DNA from: a virus
Length of the DNA: 64,000 nt
Virus record (IMG/VR): IMGVR_UViG_3300002334_000124
Coordinates: 1-64,000 of that record
Direction: 5' to 3' (one strand)
The first letter of the stretch is position 1, and each line of letters opens with the position of its first letter. Shown here piece after piece: positions 54,854 to 64,000 of this stretch. The notes beneath the pieces were generated by a model. That model did not search any database. It saw only the letters and a list, made by a program, of their open reading frames with translations, and was not told the DNA's origin. The position numbers and the translations under genes are program-made.

Positions 54854-56267
54854 CAGAACCGGGTCCGTTGATTATGGGCCTTGGTGGAATTTCTTGCTTT
54901 CGGGTAGGCCAGGTGTCGGAAAGACTCCTTTTGCTACTACGGCTCCGAATCCGTTGTTGTTGAATGTGGATGCCGGTCTCACATCTATTGCAGACAGGGG
55001 GATACTCGTCTATCCCGCACGTGATGACGATCCAGAGACGCCCAATCGTATCGAGAATTCTGATCAGCTCGAAGAGATTGTCGCGTTCTTATCCAATGGT
55101 CCTGAATTCGTGGAGGAACAGTTCGGTACGCCAGTCAACACCATCATTGTTGACACAATCGATGAAGTGGCGCGGATCCTACAGAATGAGCGCAAGGAAT
55201 CAAAACGCCGTGATGAGATGCAGGCTGGCGACTGGGATTGGCTGGCTACTCAACTCAATGTTTTCACTCGTGCTCTGTGCTCTATGGACTACAACGTCAT
55301 ATTCATCAGTCACATTAAGGATGTTCATGATGGCGAAACAGGAGCGACCAGCTACAAGCTAGACATTTCTGGTGCAGGGGCTCATCAGATACCACAGGCC
55401 GTTGACGTCGCCCTGTTCATGGATGACAGGTCCATAGCTCTGGTGGAGCACCGCGACGAGGACGAAGAGGCCGAATACGAGAAGATCTCTAACGTCTACA
55501 CCCAGAAGCTCGACAAGTTTGAGTGGATCAAGGACCGTACTGAGACTTTGCCAGCATTGATTGAATGCGATTTCGAGACTGGGTTCGTCGACATCATCGT
55601 TCGCATCAATGAACGCATTTCTGAGATGGAAGAGCGAGAAATTATCGATGTAGACTTCGAAGCTGAGGCACCCACGGCTCCACCTCTAGAGCCAACCACT
55701 CAGAGAAGGTCTAAGCCTGAGACAAGCATCCCGACCGTTGAGGATGTCGTAGAGAAAACCGCCGCCGCCGCCGCCAGACTGGCTGCCGCGAAACAGGCTG
55801 CGCTGGAACGTGCGAAAAAGGATGCTCCCACTCCAGCGCCTGCAGCTAAACCCAAACCGGGCGACACTGTGGAACGTGCCACAGTAGTCACAGAAGACGA
55901 CCCTTCTCGATCTTCAGATCAGGCTAAGGTTGATTTAGAGACGCTTAACGATGGTGCGTCTGTCACTGTTGATGAGGGCATGGGTTTCCAATTCTCGAAG
56001 GCCGGTGTTGTCATGCAAATAATGGGTATGCGTTACGTATATGAGGTGGATGGCACCAAGATCCTTAGTAGAGTTAAGCTCCCTGATAGAAGTGTCCGAC
56101 CCATACCAAATGAGTCTATGGATACTGGACTATTCTGTCAAGTCACAGGTGTGGAGATCACACCTAGAGAAGCAAACTTGTCTAGATTGAGGGTACGCAA
56201 GTTCCTCTGTGAAGACGAGTACACCAAAGAAATCAGCCAAGCCAAGAAAAACATGAGTAGGACATAA
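54840..56267 (+). CDS. AAA_24/Sak4-like recombination ATPase
   Basis: GRPGVGKT, LLLNVDAG, IIVDTIDE, VIFISH. Confidence 0.82.
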   Translation: MIRVSRTGSVDYGPWWNFLLSGRPGVGKTPFATTAPNPLLLNVDAGLTSIADRGILVYPARDDDPETPNRIENSDQLEEIVAFLSNGPEFVEEQFGTPVNTIIVDTIDEVARILQNERKESKRRDEMQAGDWDWLATQLNVFTRALCSMDYNVIFISHIKDVHDGETGATSYKLDISGAGAHQIPQAVDVALFMDDRSIALVEHRDEDEEAEYEKISNVYTQKLDKFEWIKDRTETLPALIECDFETGFVDIIVRINERISEMEEREIIDVDFEAEAPTAPPLEPTTQRRSKPETSIPTVEDVVEKTAAAAARLAAAKQAALERAKKDAPTPAPAAKPKPGDTVERATVVTEDDPSRSSDQAKVDLETLNDGASVTVDEGMGFQFSKAGVVMQIMGMRYVYEVDGTKILSRVKLPDRSVRPIPNESMDTGLFCQVTGVEITPREANLSRLRVRKFLCEDEYTKEISQAKKNMSRT

Positions 56268-56268
56268 C

Positions 56269-56838
56269 ATGACAGTCATAAAACTGAAGAGTGGAAATAA
56301 CGACGACGATGATCGTACGCAGATCTCGGAAGAGTCTGTATTTGAAGTGACGGTTCTCGACGTCGCTGAACGAGAGACTCAATGGTACGCCACCGATCGT
56401 GACACCCAGAAACAGCTCCTGAATGCCGACGGTAATCCCTACAAGAATCGCGAATTCAATTTCAAGTTCAAGATCATTGACCCCGACGGACCATACAACA
56501 ACAGATTTGTGTGGGGGACTACAGGCCTGCTGTTGGGAACGTGGCCGACCTGCAAGCTGTCGAACTGGATCAGGGCGATCCTGGACGAACCGGTACTGCC
56601 TGAAGGCTTCGCAATCGACCTCGACGGTTCGGAGAACGATGACAAAGTTGGTGGCCTTGACGGTCTTCGATGCCGTGTTGTCGTGAAGGCCAAGAAACGC
56701 GACAATGGATCCTTCAGCAACTGGGTTTCTGATGTCTATCCCGCCAAAGCCGACCAGACAGTTCAGGAACGAGTTCAGGAACATCTCGCTCCGAACGAGA
56801 ATGCTGGATACGACCCCAACGAAGAGCCTTTTGGCTAG
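56269..56838 (+). CDS. single-stranded DNA-binding protein (Sak4-partner type)
   Basis: FKIID..GPY..R.VW, LDGLRCRVVV, acidic C-terminal EEPFG. Confidence 0.65.
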   Translation: MTVIKLKSGNNDDDDRTQISEESVFEVTVLDVAERETQWYATDRDTQKQLLNADGNPYKNREFNFKFKIIDPDGPYNNRFVWGTTGLLLGTWPTCKLSNWIRAILDEPVLPEGFAIDLDGSENDDKVGGLDGLRCRVVVKAKKRDNGSFSNWVSDVYPAKADQTVQERVQEHLAPNENAGYDPNEEPFG

Positions 56839-56851
56839 ACCCTTTGAGGCC

Positions 56852-56886
56852 CAAGAGGGGTGAGTTAGACCACCCCTCTTCTTTGT
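56852..56886 (+). terminator. intrinsic terminator
   Basis: AAGAGGGGTG...CACCCCTCTT-CTTTGTT. Confidence 0.75.
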
Positions 56887-56914
56887 TGACCTGTCAAGAC
56901 GTTTCGGATATACT
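56886..56914 (+). promoter_or_regulatory. sigma70-type promoter TTGACC-N17-TATACT (leaderless primase gene)
   Basis: near consensus, ATG 8 nt downstream. Confidence 0.75.
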
Positions 56915-56922
56915 AGGACCTA

Positions 56923-58914
56923 ATGAGCAACGTAGTCTCATACCTTGAATCTAAAAACATCGAACTTCATCCAGCTTCGAACGGCAATGTTCGGACTCTG
57001 TGTTGGTTCCATGGTGAAGATGGCGAGGCTAAAACTGGACGGCTATACATCCAGGCCGACTCAGAACACCCCCACTTCGGGCAGTTCTTCTGTCACAGGT
57101 GTGACGAGCGCGGCACGTTCAACAAGATCCGCCATCATTTTGGTGACGCCCCAGACGGTGAAGTCACTCCTGTAGAGAAGTCCAAACGTCTACAGATACT
57201 GTCTCAGGCTGCTCAATACTACCATGAACGTCTGATCTACGGAGAAGGCACTGAGAGTGACCCTCAGCCGAACCTGGAAGCCTTAGAGTACCTGCAGCAA
57301 GAGCGCGGTCTGTCTATGGACGTGATCTTGCGTTTCAAACTGGGCGTGGCAGATGGTCAGCTTGGCGATTACTTATTGATGAACGGGCATCAAAGAGACC
57401 ACATAAGTAGTACTGGTTTGGTGTGGGATACGGGCAAGGACTTCTTCACGCCCGGCATGATCATGATTCCGTACTTCGTGCAGGGTACGTGTGCTCAGAT
57501 CCGCGGTCGAGACCTCGGTGCAGTCAAGAACAAGTACAAGACCCCTCCTGGTCAGCTACCTATTCCTTTCAATATCGACATAGTGCTCGAAGAAAACTCT
57601 TTCATAGTCTTCACTGAAGGTGAGTTTGATGCCATCTTGCTTGAAGATCTGGGCTACTCAGCGATAGGTATACCCGGAGCTAGAAGTTTCCAAGAAGAAT
57701 GGCTGCGTTCGTTCGCCGATGTGCGAAAGGTCTTCATCTGTTTCGACAACGATGAGCCTGGATGTGAGGGGGCAGAGAAGATTGCTGGTTGGCTTGGTGG
57801 TAAATCTCGCATCGTGGAGATGCCCACCCCTCCACTCGGGGAGAAGAAGATAGATGTCACAGACTATTTCATCAAGTACGGCTACAAAGTCGAAGATTTC
57901 GATCAACTCCTCCGACGCGCTTCTTCTGGACAGCTCGTGTCCGTTATGGACGCATTCGAAATGTGGAGAGAGCGAGAAGGAAATCCAACACTCACAGGTG
58001 TTGAGTTGGGCTTTGACCTCCTTGACACTGCCATTCGTCCGGGGCTCTTGCCAGGACAGGTGATGGTAATGCTTGCCCGCACAGGGACAGGAAAGACGAT
58101 AGCTGCGATTAACGTCATACAGCGCCAGGTGAAGATGTACCCCGACCGCACCAAGATTCTGTTTGTGTCTCTGGAGCAGACTCAGAATGAATGGTTCGAG
58201 CGTGCGCGTCGTATCCACGGATTCTACAATCCTCATCTCATTCCGAGTGCGGCAATCGAAGGTGAAGCAAAGGGGAAAACCCTGGAGGATTCAACTGTAG
58301 ATTTCTATCGCAACAACTTCATGATGATCGACAAGAATCGGTTGTCTCCTGATGATCTGCGCACCAATATTCGTCAGGCCGAAGATGAATTGCAAGGCGA
58401 CATCACTATGGTGGTCGTCGATTATCTTGGATACTGGGCACGTGCTTTTAAGGGCGAGCCGTATGTTCGTACATCTGAGGCAATCATGGCCATGAAGGAG
58501 ATTGCCAAGGACATGCAGGTCCCGATCTACGCTCCTCATCAGGTGAATCGCGGATCAGAACCTGGGAAGCCAATCAAGTTGAACGACGCTCGTGAGTCAG
58601 GCGTGATCGAAGAAACAGCAGACTTTGTGATCTCCTTGATGAACGACATGAACGATCCAGGAGTTGGTCCTGCTGAAACTAACGGTTCTTGGGAGATAGA
58701 GTATTTGAAATCTCGTCACGGTGGAGTTGGGGTGAGTGCTGCACTGCGATTCGCTCCGGTTTCCCTTGCGCTTGTGCCGTTGCATGATACTGTGTATGGC
58801 GACGACGATCTTCGAAGGGCCAAAGATGAGTTGCACTTGTGGAAGAAGAGTCATTTTGACTACACGGAAGTCCTGCGTAGGCACAGAGAAGGCGATAGGA
58901 GTTTTGTGCGATGA
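56923..58914 (+). CDS. DNA primase-helicase (Zn finger + TOPRIM + DnaB-like)
   Basis: CWFH..CHRC, TEGEFDA, CFDNDEPG, ARTGTGKT, VVVDYL, HQVNR, KSRHG. Confidence 0.92.
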   Translation: MSNVVSYLESKNIELHPASNGNVRTLCWFHGEDGEAKTGRLYIQADSEHPHFGQFFCHRCDERGTFNKIRHHFGDAPDGEVTPVEKSKRLQILSQAAQYYHERLIYGEGTESDPQPNLEALEYLQQERGLSMDVILRFKLGVADGQLGDYLLMNGHQRDHISSTGLVWDTGKDFFTPGMIMIPYFVQGTCAQIRGRDLGAVKNKYKTPPGQLPIPFNIDIVLEENSFIVFTEGEFDAILLEDLGYSAIGIPGARSFQEEWLRSFADVRKVFICFDNDEPGCEGAEKIAGWLGGKSRIVEMPTPPLGEKKIDVTDYFIKYGYKVEDFDQLLRRASSGQLVSVMDAFEMWREREGNPTLTGVELGFDLLDTAIRPGLLPGQVMVMLARTGTGKTIAAINVIQRQVKMYPDRTKILFVSLEQTQNEWFERARRIHGFYNPHLIPSAAIEGEAKGKTLEDSTVDFYRNNFMMIDKNRLSPDDLRTNIRQAEDELQGDITMVVVDYLGYWARAFKGEPYVRTSEAIMAMKEIAKDMQVPIYAPHQVNRGSEPGKPIKLNDARESGVIEETADFVISLMNDMNDPGVGPAETNGSWEIEYLKSRHGGVGVSAALRFAPVSLALVPLHDTVYGDDDLRRAKDELHLWKKSHFDYTEVLRRHREGDRSFVR

Positions 58915-59426
58915 ATGTAGATGAAGCGATGAGATTGGCGTACATGCAGGCTCGGATGTCTCCCGATCCGTCGACCCAAACGGGAGCAGTGATCCTCAGT
59001 GCTTACGGTCATCTAATCTCAGCATGTCGAAATGATTACCCATGGGGGGTTCGTCAAAGTCCGGAACGTCTGATTCGTCCGCTTAAGTATCAGGTGATCG
59101 AACACGCTGAACGCAATGCCGTGTACAGTGCAGGAGTTAGCGGAGCTTCGTGTGCAGAAGGGACTATGGTTGCCTTGTGGGCAGCTTGCCCTGACTGTGC
59201 ACGCGCTATTATCCAGTCGGGTATCGCCCGTCTTGTTTCCCATTCGTATTACCGTACAGTTGATCTTGATCAGTCAGAAAGCAATCGTCGTAACTGGGCC
59301 GAGTCGATCGACATCGCCTTCATGATGCTCGAAGAGTCTGGCGTGCAAGTCGAATTCACTGATACCCAAGTCATGGGGGAAGACGACCCTCCGCTTCTTT
59401 TCAATGGCGAGTACGTAAGATTTTGA
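58911..59426 (+). CDS. dCMP deaminase
   Basis: SPDPSTQTGA, EHAERNA, ACPDCARAIIQSGI. Confidence 0.9.
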   Translation: MNVDEAMRLAYMQARMSPDPSTQTGAVILSAYGHLISACRNDYPWGVRQSPERLIRPLKYQVIEHAERNAVYSAGVSGASCAEGTMVALWAACPDCARAIIQSGIARLVSHSYYRTVDLDQSESNRRNWAESIDIAFMMLEESGVQVEFTDTQVMGEDDPPLLFNGEYVRF

Positions 59427-59427
59427 C

Positions 59428-60108
59428 GTGCCGCGCCTAAACAACAACAGGCAGAAATTTATCAAGATGATAACACCAGAGGACGTTGTAGATCTCAATT
59501 CGTGGGCTGATTACGCCCATCAGAAGTTAGGCGTCGCTCATCCGACAGCGAAGCTACTTCCAGCTTTGCATAAGATCGCCAATGGTTTCTTTGAAGAATA
59601 CCCTGATGCCACATGGTTAGCTCTGGTTGATGTGGTCAGGTGGGCCAAGCACACTCGTAAGGTGAAGCATTTCGATATTGAGAAGCTGTTGGGTTCCTGG
59701 AAGTATGCCCATCAGGATGGGTACATGAGGATCCTCGCTAGGTTAGGCACCAACGATGAAGAAACCTTACGAGAAATGCTGAAGTCGGTGCATGACAACC
59801 ACTATGCAGATAGGATGAAGATAGCACGGACCGCAACTGAACGCGATGAGGTTTATCAGGAATACCTGACTGCCACGGACGGTGGTGATCTCCCAACGTA
59901 TGAGGATACATCTCCGGTGTTCACCTCTCCCTTGTTGCGAGGCGGGATGGTTGTTCGGTATCGATTGACCGTTGCTGACTATCCAAGAATGGGAACCCTC
60001 TTGCGCCAGGACAATGAGAAGCTGGTGATCTATACTGGTGACAGAGAGGTCGCGCTAGAGGTTAAGCTGCTTCAGGTCAAGATTGATGGGAGTTGGGAAC
60101 CGCTATGA
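59428..60108 (+). CDS. hypothetical protein
   Basis: long ORF in operon. Confidence 0.65.
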   Translation: MPRLNNNRQKFIKMITPEDVVDLNSWADYAHQKLGVAHPTAKLLPALHKIANGFFEEYPDATWLALVDVVRWAKHTRKVKHFDIEKLLGSWKYAHQDGYMRILARLGTNDEETLREMLKSVHDNHYADRMKIARTATERDEVYQEYLTATDGGDLPTYEDTSPVFTSPLLRGGMVVRYRLTVADYPRMGTLLRQDNEKLVIYTGDREVALEVKLLQVKIDGSWEPL

Positions 60109-60443
60109 CAGTCATGTTCGGGCCTTTTGAGCCTTTTGAACCAGAGCTGGGACCACCTATGCCGCTCTGTCCTGTTGGTCCGATCGGGCATAACTGGATA
60201 CTTACGATCGAAGAGGGCCAGGTCCAGTTAGATCCGGACTGCGAACGTTGTCGTGATGAGGTTTTATCCCCGGTTGGCGGAGAAGATATCTTCATGGATA
60301 TTGAAGTTAGAGGTAAGCTTGAGTCTCATCTTGAGACTTATGGGTGGGAAACCCCTGAGTACGACCATTGGTGGAAATTCCAACCAGAGAGTATCAAAGG
60401 ACTAGATCACGAACAGGAGAAGGAGCTAGATAATGGATGCTAA
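60105..60443 (+). CDS. hypothetical protein
   Basis: ATGA overlap. Confidence 0.55.
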   Translation: MTVMFGPFEPFEPELGPPMPLCPVGPIGHNWILTIEEGQVQLDPDCERCRDEVLSPVGGEDIFMDIEVRGKLESHLETYGWETPEYDHWWKFQPESIKGLDHEQEKELDNGC

Positions 60444-60567
60444 TCAGGATATCCGAATGAGAGCAGTGGAACAGGCCGTTCAGAGTTTCATAGGGAGGGA
60501 GGAGGACAGGTCAAACGAGGATCTCGTTCGTAGGGCAGCCGCACTGGCGCAGTTCGTTATGGGATGA
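60433..60567 (+). CDS. small hypothetical protein
   Basis: AAGGAG RBS; fills the operon gap. Confidence 0.45.
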   Translation: MDANQDIRMRAVEQAVQSFIGREEDRSNEDLVRRAAALAQFVMG

Positions 60568-61178
60568 CCTCTAAGCCAGTGATGGCTATATCCGAGGCTA
60601 AGAACAACGCACAGCTGATAGCTCAGTGTGCACAGCTCGGGTATCTTCGAAAGAACTGGACGATTCTGGACCCTACGTATGGCAAGGGCAGGTTCTGGAA
60701 CGATTGGCAACCGAACCGTCTTGTGATTTCTGATCTGGATCCCAATAGCGATGCCACGATCCATCACGATTTCACTGCCTTGCCACATATGGATAGGGTC
60801 TTTGACGCGGTGGTGTTCGATCCTCCCTACAAGCTAAACGGCACCCCGACTAGCAAAGGTCCTGCTTCTGGAGACGAGAGCTACGGTGTCAATAAATACG
60901 TGCCGATTGACGAACGTCATCAACTGATATACGATGGCCTCGACGAGTGTCTACGTGTCCTGAAACCTAAGGGCATGCTGCTCGCCAAGTGTCAGGATCA
61001 GGTGTCTTCTGGTCGAGTTCATTGGCAGACGATGTTGATTACACAACATCTAGCTGATGATGCGACTCTAGTTGATATGCTGCACCTACCTGGCTACAGA
61101 CGTCAGCCTCTGGGTCGTCGACAGATTCATGCTAGACGCAACTACTCGACTCTCTTGATCTTTAGGAAGGACAGATGA
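60564..61178 (+). CDS. N6A/N4C DNA methyltransferase
   Basis: ILDPTYGKGRFW and VVFDPPY motifs. Confidence 0.85.
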   Translation: MTSKPVMAISEAKNNAQLIAQCAQLGYLRKNWTILDPTYGKGRFWNDWQPNRLVISDLDPNSDATIHHDFTALPHMDRVFDAVVFDPPYKLNGTPTSKGPASGDESYGVNKYVPIDERHQLIYDGLDECLRVLKPKGMLLAKCQDQVSSGRVHWQTMLITQHLADDATLVDMLHLPGYRRQPLGRRQIHARRNYSTLLIFRKDR

Positions 61179-61345
61179 AATACTTAGCACGGGTTTGGAT
61201 GACCGTCTTGGTCTTGATAATTTTGTCGACTATCGCTATTGGTCTGGGCGCAGATTCTTTTGAATCATTCGCACTTTTTGTGGCTGCAGAGGTAGCCGTA
61301 TGTGCTGTGGCGGGGATTACGGTATGGGCTTTGGAGGCGATGTGA
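61175..61345 (+). CDS. small two-TM membrane protein
   Basis: hydrophobic 56-aa ORF, coupled on both sides. Confidence 0.5.
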   Translation: MKYLARVWMTVLVLIILSTIAIGLGADSFESFALFVAAEVAVCAVAGITVWALEAM

Positions 61346-62019
61346 TAGGAACCCCCGTACTCGAAGGCATTGTCGGTTCGACCGCGTATGGCCTTGCAAC
61401 ACCTGAGTCTGACATTGATAAGTTGGGGGTCTTTGCTGCCCCCCTCGACACGCTGTTGGGGATGCCGTTCTTCAAGGCGTCCGTGTCTTGTAACGACCCA
61501 GACGTGACGTATCACGAACTCAAGAAGTACATGTACCTCGCAGGAAGAAGTAACCCAGCGGTGTTGGAGTTGTTGTACCTCAACGACTACACGGTCGCGA
61601 CCGATGATATTGGTAAGGTGCTGGTCGAGAATCGTGACATGTTCATCTCTCAGAGGATCCGTGACTCTTATGGAGGCTACGCCCTGCAACAGGTGAGACG
61701 TCTAGAACGTAGAGGTGACGGTTCGTTCAAGTCTAAGCTGCGCAAACGTAAGAATAAACACAAACGCCACATCGCACGATTGGTGGTCCAGTGTGAGCAA
61801 GCCCTAGACGAAGGTTTTCTGCAAGTGCGACTCACTCCCAGTCAGATCGAAGAGGTGCGATTCGTAGAGCAAATGGACGATGATCAACTTTCGATTTGGT
61901 TTGAAATGAAGCTTGTCCGCATCGACAGTACGCCCTCAGGCCTACCAGAAAGCGCAGACTGGGATAAGATCAACGATCTACTTCTTGAATTCAGGAGAAC
62001 ACAATGGCAATCCCAGTAA
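61342..62019 (+). CDS. Pol-beta nucleotidyltransferase (RlaP/YcgL-like)
   Basis: GSTAYGLATPESDID..GVF, NPAVLELL, SYGGYALQQ. Confidence 0.85.
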   Translation: MIGTPVLEGIVGSTAYGLATPESDIDKLGVFAAPLDTLLGMPFFKASVSCNDPDVTYHELKKYMYLAGRSNPAVLELLYLNDYTVATDDIGKVLVENRDMFISQRIRDSYGGYALQQVRRLERRGDGSFKSKLRKRKNKHKRHIARLVVQCEQALDEGFLQVRLTPSQIEEVRFVEQMDDDQLSIWFEMKLVRIDSTPSGLPESADWDKINDLLLEFRRTQWQSQ

Positions 62020-62465
62020 ATATCACCATAGTTGCCAAAGTAGGTGCCGCGTCGTTCGAGATTAATTCGGTGGAAGGTGACGTTTTGCATCACATCACTG
62101 GTCCTGACTTTATGAAGCAGCTCATGGACCTTGCTGGTTTTGTGGCTGCTCCTGATGCAGAGGTCGAACCGCCGAATGCACATAAAGTGACCGAACTGAA
62201 CTCTGCCGCGGTCACAGGAGGTGGGGTTGAGGATGACTCAGCGAGTATGGGTAGTGTTGAAAGTTTCACCCAGCGAGGAGTCCGCACGACTCCACTTGAC
62301 GGAGATGGGGTAATGGAAGAGGAACCAATCTTCTCTCCTGGCTCAAGTAATGCTGAGAAGCCGTTGAAAACATTCGGTGCTGATTACGACAACACCGAAG
62401 AGGGTCGAAAAAAGAGAGAGGCGATGGCAAGCATTCGAGATGAAGGAGGATGGACCAAGACATGA
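62004..62465 (+). CDS. hypothetical protein
   Basis: AGGAG RBS. Confidence 0.6.
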   Translation: MAIPVNITIVAKVGAASFEINSVEGDVLHHITGPDFMKQLMDLAGFVAAPDAEVEPPNAHKVTELNSAAVTGGGVEDDSASMGSVESFTQRGVRTTPLDGDGVMEEEPIFSPGSSNAEKPLKTFGADYDNTEEGRKKREAMASIRDEGGWTKT

Positions 62466-62764
62466 GCATCCTTGGAGACTACATCATCACCAACATATCG
62501 TTTGGGAAGGAAGGTATACGGATCGATTACATGGAGCAGCGCTTCCAGACTGACGGCGCAGGTCTTGAATCCGGATTGACTTTGGTTGACCTGGATGACA
62601 CTAAGACTGCTGTGATTGTTGAGATCCAAGCAGTCTTGAGTGATTTCATTGACGAGTACAAAGAGAACCTTCCCGACCGTAACCGTCCAGATACTCTTCC
62701 TGATAATCGTTTCCAAAGAATTCGAAAGGGTGATGATGGGAACAAAACCGTTGATGAGGCCTGA
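62462..62764 (+). CDS. hypothetical protein
   Basis: ATGA overlap. Confidence 0.55.
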   Translation: MSILGDYIITNISFGKEGIRIDYMEQRFQTDGAGLESGLTLVDLDDTKTAVIVEIQAVLSDFIDEYKENLPDRNRPDTLPDNRFQRIRKGDDGNKTVDEA

Positions 62765-62912
62765 CTGTCAGAATTGTAAGATTCCTACCGTTCATCATTG
62801 TCCTGAGACTCAGATCTGTGACTGGTGGAAGTGCCCTAGGTGTAATTCGTTCGGCAATCTGAAATGCTGGTACGACACCCAGTCTAAGAAACTAATCAAT
62901 GACCCGGCGTAG
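62754..62912 (+). CDS. small Cys-rich protein
   Basis: CQNC, CPRC and further Cys. Confidence 0.45.
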   Translation: MRPDCQNCKIPTVHHCPETQICDWWKCPRCNSFGNLKCWYDTQSKKLINDPA

Positions 62913-63342
62913 GTGTAGTGGATGTCGAGATTATTTCGAGGAGATGTGGCATGTGTCAACCATTGAGGCATTCTGTTCCGAACGTTGCGCGTTGGCGAAG
63001 AGTGATCAGCGTAGGAAAGTTCTTCATGCGCCGAATAAGGACGACATTCCACAGGATGTGCGCGCCGCGGTTCTAAAGCGGGACTCTGTTTGTCAGATGT
63101 GTGAGGAGACATCGAAACTGAATGTTCATCACATATTCTTTCGTAGTGAAGCCCCGATCGAGTGGCGTCACGACCCGTCCAACCTGATTGTTCTATGCAG
63201 GGGGGATCATGATTTGGTTCATTCTGACAAAGAGAAATATCAACGTGTATTGCTAGACAAGATGACTCGTTTGGGTTATGCTGTCGATTACGACACGGCC
63301 ATCGATAATGGTTGCCCCATGCCAGTAGGAGTAAGCTCTTGA
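62899..63342 (+). CDS. HNH endonuclease
   Basis: VLKRDSVCQMC....LNVHHI...NLIVLCRGDH. Confidence 0.85.
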   Translation: MTRRRCSGCRDYFEEMWHVSTIEAFCSERCALAKSDQRRKVLHAPNKDDIPQDVRAAVLKRDSVCQMCEETSKLNVHHIFFRSEAPIEWRHDPSNLIVLCRGDHDLVHSDKEKYQRVLLDKMTRLGYAVDYDTAIDNGCPMPVGVSS

Positions 63343-63755
63343 AGATACGACTAAGCAATCCCGACAATCTCTATGCCTCCACTCTGTACACTGAGGGATG
63401 CGATGTAGAGATCACCGAAGCTTTCATAGGACCGATGCTGACTACCGTGGACGGTGAGAAGATTGGCATCTCGATGCGTGATTCGGGTTTTGAGGTGTGC
63501 TACACCTCACATGATGGAGCGGAACCTCAATGGTTCTCGTTTCAAGGTGGGGCTGTCAAACCCAATCCCAAGAACTACGGAAATGATGATGCAATGATGG
63601 CTGCTTGGCTGTTGATTGCCAACGCATGGGGTGGGAACTGGGACGCTGCTCCTAACGAGTGGAGTGACGCCGCTACCAGATGGCGCGACGAACATCTCAA
63701 TTCGTATTTGGCAGCAACAAAAGAACAACGTCCGATGGAAGATGAAATCAAATGA
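63312..63755 (+). CDS. hypothetical protein
   Basis: ORF; start uncertain. Confidence 0.55.
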   Translation: MPHASRSKLLKIRLSNPDNLYASTLYTEGCDVEITEAFIGPMLTTVDGEKIGISMRDSGFEVCYTSHDGAEPQWFSFQGGAVKPNPKNYGNDDAMMAAWLLIANAWGGNWDAAPNEWSDAATRWRDEHLNSYLAATKEQRPMEDEIK

Positions 63756-64000
63756 AGACACATATAATCAGTCATGGCGGCTGTCCCGACGGATTCACTA
63801 GCGCATGGCTACTGAATCGACATTACGAAGGCCAAGACGTTGTTCATCATTTTGCATACGACCGTCTGAATTCGCCCAAAGAAATTGAGCCAGGAGATCG
63901 GGTTCTCATCGCGGACTGGAGTTACCCACGCCAGGTACTTCTTGATCTGTCTGAGACGACCTATGTGACTTTGCTTGATCATCACAAAACGGCTGAAGCA
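63752..64000 (+). CDS. DHH-family phosphoesterase (partial, runs off the window)
   Basis: IISHGGCPDGFTSAW...IADWS...LLDHHKTA. Confidence 0.85.
   Translation, partial: MKTHIISHGGCPDGFTSAWLLNRHYEGQDVVHHFAYDRLNSPKEIEPGDRVLIADWSYPRQVLLDLSETTYVTLLDHHKTAEA

Noticed and set aside
17762-63775. Long minus-strand ORFs (17762-18319, 20208-20987, 23278-23904, 31712-32359, 47713-48438 and others)
   Set aside because: They are antisense to well-supported + strand genes and have no recognisable motifs.

Overview
This window is a 64-kb section of a large tailed dsDNA phage, siphovirus-like by gene order and almost entirely on the + strand. The host is probably actinobacterial, judging from the WhiG/FliA-like sigma factor, leaderless genes and an actinobacterial-type boxA; this is inference. 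Bases 5-68 are leftover Illumina adapter. The modules, in order, are: (1) accessory and nucleotide metabolism (GGQ peptidyl-tRNA hydrolase, metallophosphoesterase, class II RNR, dNTP diphosphohydrolase, sigma-28-like factor); (2) an RNA region of about 8.5 kb (8.8-17.3 kb) with 36 tRNAs covering all 20 amino acids, a tmRNA and more than a dozen interleaved structured non-coding elements; (3) packaging, head and tail genes, including an intein in the gene upstream of terminase, a 1658-aa repeat fibre and a tail-chaperone frameshift; (4) replication and recombination genes. The main leads are a circularly permuted (T-acceptor-D, YrlA-like) tRNA mimic, tRNAs with no 8-9 linker and lengthened anticodon stems, an Ala-identity minihelix and other spacer RNAs, and a phage sigma-28 regulon with at least 10 T(G/A)A(A/T)-N15/16-nCCGATnn promoters in front of late genes. 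All calls come from reading motifs and base-pairing by eye; no database searches were run.
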